From an uncultured virus (IMG/VR IMGVR_UViG_3300009155_000050) (taxonomy: Duplodnaviria; Heunggongvirae; Uroviricota; Caudoviricetes): a DNA stretch of 64,000 bases. Below, piece by piece: positions 36,516-45,011 of the stretch. Within the stretch, counting starts at the first letter, position 1, and every line of letters begins with the position of its first letter. The stretch is from IMG/VR virus record IMGVR_UViG_3300009155_000050, positions 1-64,000 of that record; one strand, written 5' to 3'. The position numbers and the translations under genes were made by a program. A model generated the notes under the pieces. It worked only from the letters and a program-made list of their open reading frames with translations, had not been told where the DNA came from and did not search any database.

Positions 36516-37745
36516 CATATGATTTGTGTCTGGATTTGTGCTATTTGACCCATTTAGCTTGATGATAGAATTCTTGCCTTCAACCGGTGCCCCAACCATA
36601 GCTTCTAACTGTTTAAGCATATCGATGTGCTGGCCATTTTCGGGATGTTCCGTAGCTCCGTTAAAAAGGCTTGAACCAATATAGTAACCACCGTGATTAA
36701 TCAGGTCGATCTTACTGCGCAAGCGCTCAATGCAGTCCGCTTGGCTTAGATCTATTCCCTTCACGTCAACGTAAATGGTTGGTTTTTCAGTATCCAGTGG
36801 GAACGGATGCTTGTTTACCAGCGACATCGACTCACTATTATACTTTACTGACATGGTAGTATTAAGGCGTGCTAGCGTAGCAAGGAATTTATAAGCAAGG
36901 CCCAATTCATATGGGGTACGCCAGTCTGGCGCTCCATCTGAGACCGTAGCATCGTAAACATCTATAAATTTAAATTGTGTTATTAAGTATGGTCTTTGGT
37001 AATTATCTTTTAGCAGCTTGAAACCTCCACTTCGTATCTTGAACAGGTAATCGTTGAATTTAACGTTGCAATTGGTGCCATGTGAAATTGCGACCGGCTC
37101 CATCCCATATTTCATCGCTTTTTCCGGAATTGAACCGTAGAGTGATTGATCTTGAGCTGGATGCGGTGGGACTAAAGTAGGCAAGTTCGCATATTTTTGC
37201 AGCATGTATGAGAAGTGCATGTCTTCGCCGCATAGGTAAAATTTACGGTCTGGGATTTCTCGCCAGAAATATTCTAGCATTTTCTTTTCAAAGAACCAAC
37301 TGTGACCGACTATGTCTACTTGTTTAATATCGTCAATGGGAGTATCCCAGCCGAAGCGCCTGATTTGTCCATCGTAGCCTTGGTCTGTGTCGAAAACGAC
37401 ACCGATGGTACCGAAGAGCCCCCTTCGTTTTTTCATCGAGGTCACGCAGTTTTCGAGCCATCTTGGGGCCGGAACTGTGTCGTCATCGAAGACGCAAACG
37501 TATTCGCCTTCCGCTAGCAGGGCTAACGCAAATCGTCCCCATACACCCACATTTACGCTACTGGTAAATGATTGACATCTGGCAATTAGGTCTTGGTCAA
37601 AGGTGGCGTCGCTGGCATTTTTCCAAAACATAATTTGAACGGGCTTGATTGTCTGACTTTCGATAGCTTGCAACTGCTCGGCTAACACGTGTGGTCGTTT
37701 ATAGCCGTTAAGGATAACGGTAATTGCGGCATCAGTCATAATCAA
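36477..37745 (-). CDS. GT-A (GT2-like) glycosyltransferase with C-terminal extension
   Basis: ILNGYKR, VFDDDT DxD motif, GEDMHFSY. Confidence 0.8.
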   Translation of the reverse strand: MIMTDAAITVILNGYKRPHVLAEQLQAIESQTIKPVQIMFWKNASDATFDQDLIARCQSFTSSVNVGVWGRFALALLAEGEYVCVFDDDTVPAPRWLENCVTSMKKRRGLFGTIGVVFDTDQGYDGQIRRFGWDTPIDDIKQVDIVGHSWFFEKKMLEYFWREIPDRKFYLCGEDMHFSYMLQKYANLPTLVPPHPAQDQSLYGSIPEKAMKYGMEPVAISHGTNCNVKFNDYLFKIRSGGFKLLKDNYQRPYLITQFKFIDVYDATVSDGAPDWRTPYELGLAYKFLATLARLNTTMSVKYNSESMSLVNKHPFPLDTEKPTIYVDVKGIDLSQADCIERLRSKIDLINHGGYYIGSSLFNGATEHPENGQHIDMLKQLEAMVGAPVEGKNSIIKLNGSNSTNPDTNHMLDSILFLIIKKI

Positions 37746-37783
37746 ATCCTGCAGTAGCGTGTGCTTTATTTATTGATCGACTA

Positions 37784-39190
37784 TTAAAACGGTAGCGCCT
37801 CTTTGGCTGTTAGCCAGTGTTGGTAATCATTTGCATATTTCGACGCCATAATTATAGGTTCTGCTTCTGGCCACCTTGCGTTAATAACACGCCTAGCATA
37901 ATTATATGCTTTGTAAGGATCGTTGATCACAGCTTGCTCAAATTCAGGCAGCGACTTTGGGCCATTTGGAAGGCGATTGAGTACCAACCTTGTGTATTCC
38001 ATCATGGCAAACAGCGGCTGATCCATTTTTGCGATACGATGCTCTAGAGCTGGCCAGCGCCCTTCTAATACTTTACCAGCATAGAGTATGGCATGTATTA
38101 CCTCACCTTCGTTAAGCAGATATGGTTCGGCTTCAAGCCATCTGTCACCCCCGAAGAAGGCAATGGCGTAGCTAACGGCAGTAGCGCTTTTGGCAATGAT
38201 AGATTCAGCTTCGAGCCATCGACCACCGATGACTCTATCAGCGTAAGCATATGCCGTTTTAGGATCATGTATCAAATACGGCTCTGCCGCTGGCCAACGG
38301 CCTACTCTGTAGTGTTTTGCATAATCGATGAGATGGTAAGCTGCCTCTTCGTCCTCGCCATTTTCGCATTGTTGTAATAGATACTGCTCAATCACTTCAG
38401 ATGGTTGAATGAAAGTCGGTAAGTTTCCACTCAGGTAACGAGCAAGAATTTCAGGCACTTCAGACAGCATTGAGGTATCGTATTCGTAAACTGCAGCGGC
38501 GAATTTTAGAGTATCGTTGATAGGTCCCACATAGTCTAACATTATGAGCGCTGACGCTTTGTCTGGTATGCTATATTCGGGAAGATTGTGAGTGTCCTTA
38601 AATTCACTAGAGTCGAATTGATATAATGGCTTTTTATCTTTGTAAAGCACATACTGTGTGTCTGTGCTTAAATGTTCAGCTGCCTTATTAACTCTACCGC
38701 CTCTTCTCGTGCACCAACGAGTACCCACTCCCAATCGCTCTAAGCTGTCGATTGCCTCTGGGCTCGTACCTTCGATTTTAAAGAGAACATACTGACCATC
38801 ATCATATATGACCTTTGCGCCTGGGTACTCCGTGCCCATGTGCGTCACGCCTGAACCGCGCACTGATGATGCTTTAATGGCCTTATGTTCTCGGATCTTT
38901 TCTAAAGCATCATTAAAATAAGCTAAATTTTTACCATTTAAGTCAGCATCGATATTTAGATTACGCAGCACTTGCTTGTTTCTATCCCATTCGACGATTG
39001 AATCTCGCAATTGCGGTGTTAGAAATTGGTCTGTGTTCGCTTGTTTAAATCTTTGCACCAACCATTCATAATAAAAGCCACCGGTCGGATCCGTGTCTAC
39101 GATTTTTTGCACTGCTGGGTGATCTTTACCGAGCTGTTTTTCGAGCCAAGTATGATTAAGCTTCGCCTCTAAAATAAGTGATAACTTCAT
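37784..39190 (-). CDS. MKLSLILE-family paralogue 1 (GTxWCT domain + WPEAEP repeats)
   Basis: Shared N-terminal domain and about 26-aa helical repeats. Confidence 0.85.
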   Translation of the reverse strand: MKLSLILEAKLNHTWLEKQLGKDHPAVQKIVDTDPTGGFYYEWLVQRFKQANTDQFLTPQLRDSIVEWDRNKQVLRNLNIDADLNGKNLAYFNDALEKIREHKAIKASSVRGSGVTHMGTEYPGAKVIYDDGQYVLFKIEGTSPEAIDSLERLGVGTRWCTRRGGRVNKAAEHLSTDTQYVLYKDKKPLYQFDSSEFKDTHNLPEYSIPDKASALIMLDYVGPINDTLKFAAAVYEYDTSMLSEVPEILARYLSGNLPTFIQPSEVIEQYLLQQCENGEDEEAAYHLIDYAKHYRVGRWPAAEPYLIHDPKTAYAYADRVIGGRWLEAESIIAKSATAVSYAIAFFGGDRWLEAEPYLLNEGEVIHAILYAGKVLEGRWPALEHRIAKMDQPLFAMMEYTRLVLNRLPNGPKSLPEFEQAVINDPYKAYNYARRVINARWPEAEPIIMASKYANDYQHWLTAKEALPF

Positions 39191-39311
39191 TTTATGAATA
39201 CCTGTAAATTGGGTACATGTTAAATTTGCTATGATATGAGCGCAGGAAGCGGCTAGTGGCCGTGGTGGTTTAGGCTTTGATGGCTCTATATTGTTTGGCT
39301 TTCTCTAGCGC

Positions 39312-40775
39312 TTATATATTTCGTGCATCAACCCAACTCGACGAGTCATCATAGGCGTCCGCACCTCTGCTGATATCCTTATTAACCCAATCAAAATAAA
39401 GTTTAGCGGCCTCGGGATTCTTCTTGATGTACGGTTCGGCCTCTGGCCATCGCTCCCTTTTTAGAAACCTAGCGTAAGCATATGCTGTATATGGTTCAGT
39501 CATTATGTATGGTTCCGCCTCTGGCCATTCACCATTTATGAAAGCATAAGCATACTTGTATGCTACCTGAGGATCTCGCATTATGATGGGTTCAGCTGCT
39601 GGCCAGCGGTCTTCCCTCACGTAAGCAGCATAATTGTAGGCCACCTGAGGATCCTGCATGATATACTTTTCTGCGTCTGGCCATTCACCTTTTATGATTC
39701 TTTGGGCGTATTCGAACGCCATGCGAGCGTCCTTTTCGATATACGGCTCGGCTTCAAGAAATCGTTCGCCTTTATTAAATAATTTTCTAGCGTATAGTAT
39801 AGCATATCCGGGATCTTGCTTGATATATTTTTCAGCTTCCGGCCATCGACCCTTTAGATGTATAGCATAAACCACGGCAGACTGAGGGTCTGTCATGATA
39901 TACGGTTCGGCGTCAGGCCACGTTTCCCCTAAGACGTTTAATGCGTATTCTCGGGCCCACTTTGGTGATGTTTTAATGATTGGCTCAGCTTCTGGCCATC
40001 GCTGTTTCATGGCCACAGCATAGCGACACAGGTCTTCGGGTGATGCATCGGCGAAGTTGTTTGATTCAGCTATCCTTTGTCCTATCTCTAGCGTCTTTAA
40101 TTGATCATTAATTGGGCCGACCACTTTAAGTATTAATCGTAACACATCAGCAGGTGGCTTGTATTCTTCATCACGCACATCTTTAAAGTCTTGTCTACTG
40201 AATTGACAGATAGGCTCACCATTTTTATACAACACATATTGCGTATCAGATAAGTATTCTTCAGCGGCACCCTCCACATCGCCGCCTAGCCTGGTGCACC
40301 ATCCGGTTCCGATTCCGAGTTTCTGCAAGCTGTCTATCGATTCTTCGTTCTTGCCTTCGACTTTAAACATGATATAATTGCCGTCATTATAAATAGCTTC
40401 GGCCCCTGGATAATTATTGAATAAATAATAGGCCCCACTATTTTTAGTGTGTGAGGCTTTAATGGCTTTATACTGCCGCATTTTTGCTAGCACGTCATAG
40501 AAGTATGCGAGATCTTTACCGTTCAAGTCTGAGCTTAATCCTGCACTTTTGATAGCTCTTGCGTTATTGGCCCATTCTCCGATGTCGGCTTTTAATTCGG
40601 GCGTGAGAAAATCATCGGATTGCGACTTTTGATAAAGCGCAGTTAACCATTTGTAATAAGATCCGCCAGTTGGGTCGGTGTCTACGATTTTTTGAACAGC
40701 TGGATTATCTATACCGAGCTGTTTTTCGAGCCAGGGGCGATTAAGTTTAGCCTCTAGTATGAGTGATAGTTTCAT
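39312..40775 (-). CDS. MKLSLILE-family paralogue 2 (8 WPEAEPYI repeats)
   Basis: As paralogue 1. Confidence 0.85.
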   Translation of the reverse strand: MKLSLILEAKLNRPWLEKQLGIDNPAVQKIVDTDPTGGSYYKWLTALYQKSQSDDFLTPELKADIGEWANNARAIKSAGLSSDLNGKDLAYFYDVLAKMRQYKAIKASHTKNSGAYYLFNNYPGAEAIYNDGNYIMFKVEGKNEESIDSLQKLGIGTGWCTRLGGDVEGAAEEYLSDTQYVLYKNGEPICQFSRQDFKDVRDEEYKPPADVLRLILKVVGPINDQLKTLEIGQRIAESNNFADASPEDLCRYAVAMKQRWPEAEPIIKTSPKWAREYALNVLGETWPDAEPYIMTDPQSAVVYAIHLKGRWPEAEKYIKQDPGYAILYARKLFNKGERFLEAEPYIEKDARMAFEYAQRIIKGEWPDAEKYIMQDPQVAYNYAAYVREDRWPAAEPIIMRDPQVAYKYAYAFINGEWPEAEPYIMTEPYTAYAYARFLKRERWPEAEPYIKKNPEAAKLYFDWVNKDISRGADAYDDSSSWVDARNI

Positions 40776-40788
40776 GTGATCTCCGTGC

Positions 40789-42465
40789 CTACTTTGATTC
40801 GCTGTACAGAGCCCATGGCTTTTGGCCGGGCATTCCTGTACGTCCTGACGGTTGGTTAGTTAAGCCTTGATGACCCATGGCATAATTGAATTCTTTAAAA
40901 TACGCTTCAATGTCTGGATGGTTAGGCCGACCAAGCGAGATTATATTTTCAGCAGCAGGCCACCGTCGCTTTAATACCTCAAGTGCGTACCTCGCTGCGA
41001 AAACAGGTTCCGGATACGGATACTGTCCATCACGCGGCTTAGTTGCTAAAGAGGACTTCATAGCCGCTATGGCTTTATCTTCGAAATCTGGAATCGGTTT
41101 ACCATCCGTCACATGGGCTACGTAATCCTTGACATGGAAGATTGAGCACTCTGCCGCCAGCCAATTCTCTACGGCTATGGAACGTTTGTGTACGTGTATA
41201 GCATACCGTAAACCCTCTAAGCTAGCACTGTTAAGGAGTCTTTTCTCACCTTCCGGCCATTCTCCAACTTTGAGGTCCCATAGGTAATTTAATATCAGAT
41301 TTAGATTGCCATCTTCTACAAAATCCACGGGTACCAAATTAACGGCGGCTAACAGCCATTTTTCCAATTCAGGCGAACGTTCTATTAACACGTTGGGTTG
41401 AGTGCGGCGTTGCACAAAATAACGTGTATATGCAGCCAAATTCTCCTTCAGCAGTTCTTCACCCTCCGGCCATTCCTCAAATTTGCAGCATGATAACAGG
41501 TAGTTAGTCAAGTGGTCAGTAAAGTAGCGCTGTGTATGGGATCTAAACTTATTGTTATTATTAATGAACCATTCCTCGATTTCCGGCACGCGCCTTTTTA
41601 GAATTTGGGTGGCGTACAAGATGTATTCGTGCATGTCTGACTTGATAAACGCTTCCAACGCTGGAATGCGTTGAAAACCGGTAACTCCATCGAAACGGTA
41701 TACACCTTGCTTGTACTTATTGACCATGTCTTGCGTCATATTGACAGATTTCGGATCGCCATAGGCTATCTGAGCCACCATCAATGCTTCATTACACGCA
41801 TATCCCATGGCATCAAGGATCTTCGAAGCGGCATCACGCTCAGGGATAACATTTTCATTTCTAGCATTCATGAAGTCTTTATCATCGAATTGATATAGAG
41901 GTTTTTTATCCCTATATAGAACATACTGCGTGCGTGATTTTAGATATCGCTGCGCAGCCCCACTGATATTACTGCCTTTTCTAGTACACCAAGACGTGCC
42001 CATCCCAAGTCGCTCAAGACTATCAATCGAAGCTGCGTCTTTGCCCGCTATCTCGAACAGAATATACTGTCCGTCATTCAGTAATATTTTAGCGCCTGGA
42101 TAATCTTTACTGAGGTGATAGACACCGCTGCCTAAGCCTGTAGACGCTCTCAAAGCCCTATCGTACCTTAATGATTCTAGATTGTCCGCCAAGTACGTCA
42201 AGTCCTTGCCGTTTAAGTCACTGCTGATTTCAAGATTTTTCAATGCTTGTTTATTGCGATCCCATTCGTCGATGTCTGCGCGTAATTCCCGAGTTAAGAA
42301 GTCATCTGATCCGCGCTTCTTGTACAAAGATGCCAACCATTGGTAATATGAACCTTCGGTTGGATCAGTGTTCACGATTTTTTGAACAGCTGGATTATCT
42401 TTACCGAGCTGTTTTTCGAGCCAAGGGCGGTTAAGCTTCGCCTCTAGAATAAGTGCAAGTTTCAT
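40789..42465 (-). CDS. MKLALILE-family paralogue 3 (degenerate repeats)
   Basis: As paralogue 1. Confidence 0.85.
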   Translation of the reverse strand: MKLALILEAKLNRPWLEKQLGKDNPAVQKIVNTDPTEGSYYQWLASLYKKRGSDDFLTRELRADIDEWDRNKQALKNLEISSDLNGKDLTYLADNLESLRYDRALRASTGLGSGVYHLSKDYPGAKILLNDGQYILFEIAGKDAASIDSLERLGMGTSWCTRKGSNISGAAQRYLKSRTQYVLYRDKKPLYQFDDKDFMNARNENVIPERDAASKILDAMGYACNEALMVAQIAYGDPKSVNMTQDMVNKYKQGVYRFDGVTGFQRIPALEAFIKSDMHEYILYATQILKRRVPEIEEWFINNNNKFRSHTQRYFTDHLTNYLLSCCKFEEWPEGEELLKENLAAYTRYFVQRRTQPNVLIERSPELEKWLLAAVNLVPVDFVEDGNLNLILNYLWDLKVGEWPEGEKRLLNSASLEGLRYAIHVHKRSIAVENWLAAECSIFHVKDYVAHVTDGKPIPDFEDKAIAAMKSSLATKPRDGQYPYPEPVFAARYALEVLKRRWPAAENIISLGRPNHPDIEAYFKEFNYAMGHQGLTNQPSGRTGMPGQKPWALYSESK

Positions 42466-42471
42466 GTGAGT

Positions 42472-43335
42472 CTACTGTTGCAGAGGGTTAGGACTAGCCA
42501 CCGCCGTAGAGATCTCTCTGGCTGATTTCTGAATATCTTGCATTTGTGCTTGCTTAGCCTGAAATGACCCTGGTGCATCACCTCTTGCTATATCTAGAAG
42601 AGCCAATAACGATTCTTGGAAGTCGTTCGGACTTTCGAGCGTCTCACATGTGATGCGGTGGATTGGTATATCAGTTCCAGTCTGTGCGTTCTTTACTGTG
42701 AATATTAGACTTAATCCGTCATTAGATTTTTTATATTGGATACCTTTGGATTTTAGGATGTCTTGTATTGCACCTATCCCTAAATTGTTACCAAGGCTTC
42801 TCAATGCGACTCCGAATTTCTGGAATAGAGCTTTAGGCTGTTCGCCGGTAGCTGTCGCTATGCCATGTATACTCTCTGATACGGCAGTTCTTCTTGTAGG
42901 TAGTGTTCTTTTACCGGCGTACGTTGCCCTTTTCGGGTCGTAGTACTGCCGCTGACGACTTGACTGGTTCGCTCTGGTAATACCAGACGTCGCTGATTTG
43001 AATTGATCTTCTTGGAGCGCCCTGTCGAGTCTGTTTTCAAAGGTGCCTAAGTTTATCTGCTCACCAAGCAAGGAACCGATGATGGCGGTTTCGTGCTCGG
43101 AAAGGGCTCGGTGACTAATCATGCAAACTCGCCCACCTCTGACTCTGGCGTCCTCACAATGCAAGCCCCATGCCTCGCATTTGGCTCTTACGGTTGATAT
43201 CGCAGGTAGCAGGTCTTTCTGGTTACCAGCTACGACGAAGCTTAACATGTTAGTATCTTCATAAACTGGCATGTAGGAGGCCTGGTTTCCAATCGCTGCC
43301 TTAATAACTGAGACTATGCTCTTAAGAGATAACAT
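42472..43335 (-). CDS. hypothetical protein, possible head-internal protein
   Basis: GAGGAG RBS; several (L/V)-x-E sites (LSE, LGE, LQE, VSE). Confidence 0.6.
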   Translation of the reverse strand: MLSLKSIVSVIKAAIGNQASYMPVYEDTNMLSFVVAGNQKDLLPAISTVRAKCEAWGLHCEDARVRGGRVCMISHRALSEHETAIIGSLLGEQINLGTFENRLDRALQEDQFKSATSGITRANQSSRQRQYYDPKRATYAGKRTLPTRRTAVSESIHGIATATGEQPKALFQKFGVALRSLGNNLGIGAIQDILKSKGIQYKKSNDGLSLIFTVKNAQTGTDIPIHRITCETLESPNDFQESLLALLDIARGDAPGSFQAKQAQMQDIQKSAREISTAVASPNPLQQ

Positions 43336-43855
43336 CGGCGCTCCTCGAAAATTGGACAAGTTGCATCAAATTGGCTGATTTACCTTCGATAATCAACACT
43401 CCGTCATGATCAGTTATGTCTTCGCCTAAGCTTTTATAGGCTAGACGGAAAAATTCAGCTATTTTGGCTATTAATTCGGTCAATGGTGTACTCAGCAGTA
43501 AGACAGCCCTTGCGTCTCGCTTGAATCTGTTAGCGAACGCTGAATCGGCACTGTCGACGCTCCAAAATTGCTTCTTGAAGTCTGGTTTTAGTAGAAGATG
43601 CTTGCTTTTATAGCCTACTTTGCAATTGTTTCTATGAATATTAATATTTAAATTAGGGTATTCCTTCCTAAATTGCATAGCTAACTCGCAATTTAGTTTA
43701 TGGTGCAGTGTCTTGAGCTTATGTTCTAGATTCATCAATTTGTAGCGCGTTTTTTCTAATTCTTTCGAAGTGTGGATGCAGTCTTGCAGGACGCTATTGC
43801 GTTCAACTTGCTTCGGGTCGACCATCAGGAGGTCAAGTGTGTCTGAGAATGTCAT
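43322..43855 (-). CDS. hypothetical protein
   Basis: Coupled to the upstream stop; start may be 43891. Confidence 0.6.
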   Translation of the reverse strand: MTFSDTLDLLMVDPKQVERNSVLQDCIHTSKELEKTRYKLMNLEHKLKTLHHKLNCELAMQFRKEYPNLNINIHRNNCKVGYKSKHLLLKPDFKKQFWSVDSADSAFANRFKRDARAVLLLSTPLTELIAKIAEFFRLAYKSLGEDITDHDGVLIIEGKSANLMQLVQFSRSADVIS

Positions 43856-44115
43856 TTTACCGTTGGATCCTTGAAGGTTGGGATCATCCATGAGAAGGTA
43901 TCCATCGCTTTTTCTGTATCATCAATGCTGGTAGTGAGTAGATCAGTCTCTTCTGCACCCGGTGATGATAGGTTAACGTCTGTGGGTTCGTTATCGGGCG
44001 TGTGTAATTCTGGATCCATGATATCTTGTGCCATCTTGGCCCCAGCCCATGAATTTACTCCAGCCGGTTGGACTGAATTGAAGTTACTGTCTTCTATTAT
44101 CCGATTTAGTTTCAT
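43852..44115 (-). CDS. small acidic MKLNRIIE protein
   Basis: Targeting-like N-terminus; AAATATA-N4-ATG. Confidence 0.65.
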   Translation of the reverse strand: MKLNRIIEDSNFNSVQPAGVNSWAGAKMAQDIMDPELHTPDNEPTDVNLSSPGAEETDLLTTSIDDTEKAMDTFSWMIPTFKDPTVK

Positions 44116-44160
44116 AATTTATATTTCGTTAGTACATACATTTAGAAAAGGAGGTGGCTT

Positions 44161-44484
44161 ATGAATTATCCGGCAGATGTCCCAGTTCAAGAAATGCTCA
44201 ACGTAGTAAAGCTGTTGAGGGCTGGCACAGTCGTAGAGAATCGGGCTCAATTCGCCCTAGATGCTTGGGTGGTACAAGGTTACTGCCAAAAGCAAATCCT
44301 TGGTGCTCCAGAGGGCACACAATTCGTCTCGCAAGCAGCCGAGCAAGACCCTTTAACACTAATAGAGATCGTCGCTAACGGCGAGCCTCAACCGCATTTG
44401 CTATTCCCTTGGGAACTGATCGCTAGCTTCCTGCTTAAAAAGATCATCGAGTACATTCTCACTAATGTCACTCCAAAAATCTAA
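44161..44484 (+). CDS. hypothetical protein
   Basis: AGGAGG RBS. Confidence 0.65.
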   Translation: MNYPADVPVQEMLNVVKLLRAGTVVENRAQFALDAWVVQGYCQKQILGAPEGTQFVSQAAEQDPLTLIEIVANGEPQPHLLFPWELIASFLLKKIIEYILTNVTPKI

Positions 44485-45001
44485 TCATACGGGCCACATT
44501 GAACTAATCAGTGTGGCCCTAATCGTATATCCTGACGCACATGATAACGCCATGGAGTTGCTTTCTAATGTTCAAGAGCAAGATTATCCATATAAAGAAA
44601 TCATCTTGCTTAATAATACCAGTAATTTAACCAAAGCCGCTGATCTAGATATTGAAGCGGCGCGTATGGTGTCGATTTATGATACCGAGGAAGACTTAAC
44701 TGTCGGCACGTGTCTAAACCTCGCAAGCCATAACAGCTTAGGTCCTTGCTTCATATATTGGAATAGTGTCAAGCCAAAAGATCTACTATCGAAAATGAAA
44801 CAAGCGTTGGACGATTACAAGGCTGACGTTGTATTTGCAACGGATCAATTTGGAGCTGTTGATCTTCGCAGCTGTCTTATACGGAAGCATCGGGAATTAT
44901 ATTACCAACCTACTGAATTTCCTTTTCGTGAGTTTCTAGACCGAGCAAAAGTCAACCACAATCTGTTATACCTTCCCATGAAAAATAATAAAACGCTATG
45001 A
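44465..45001 (+). CDS. degenerate GT2-like protein
   Basis: QEQDYPYKEIILLN...VGTCLNLA resembles a GT2 N-terminus; DxD absent. Confidence 0.5.
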   Translation: MSLQKSNHTGHIELISVALIVYPDAHDNAMELLSNVQEQDYPYKEIILLNNTSNLTKAADLDIEAARMVSIYDTEEDLTVGTCLNLASHNSLGPCFIYWNSVKPKDLLSKMKQALDDYKADVVFATDQFGAVDLRSCLIRKHRELYYQPTEFPFREFLDRAKVNHNLLYLPMKNNKTL

Positions 45002-45011
45002 GGTTACTTCG

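Noticed and set aside
37784..42465. Diversity-generating retroelement acting on the repeat proteins
   Set aside because: No reverse transcriptase in the window, and no TR/VR pair with adenine-specific differences was seen.
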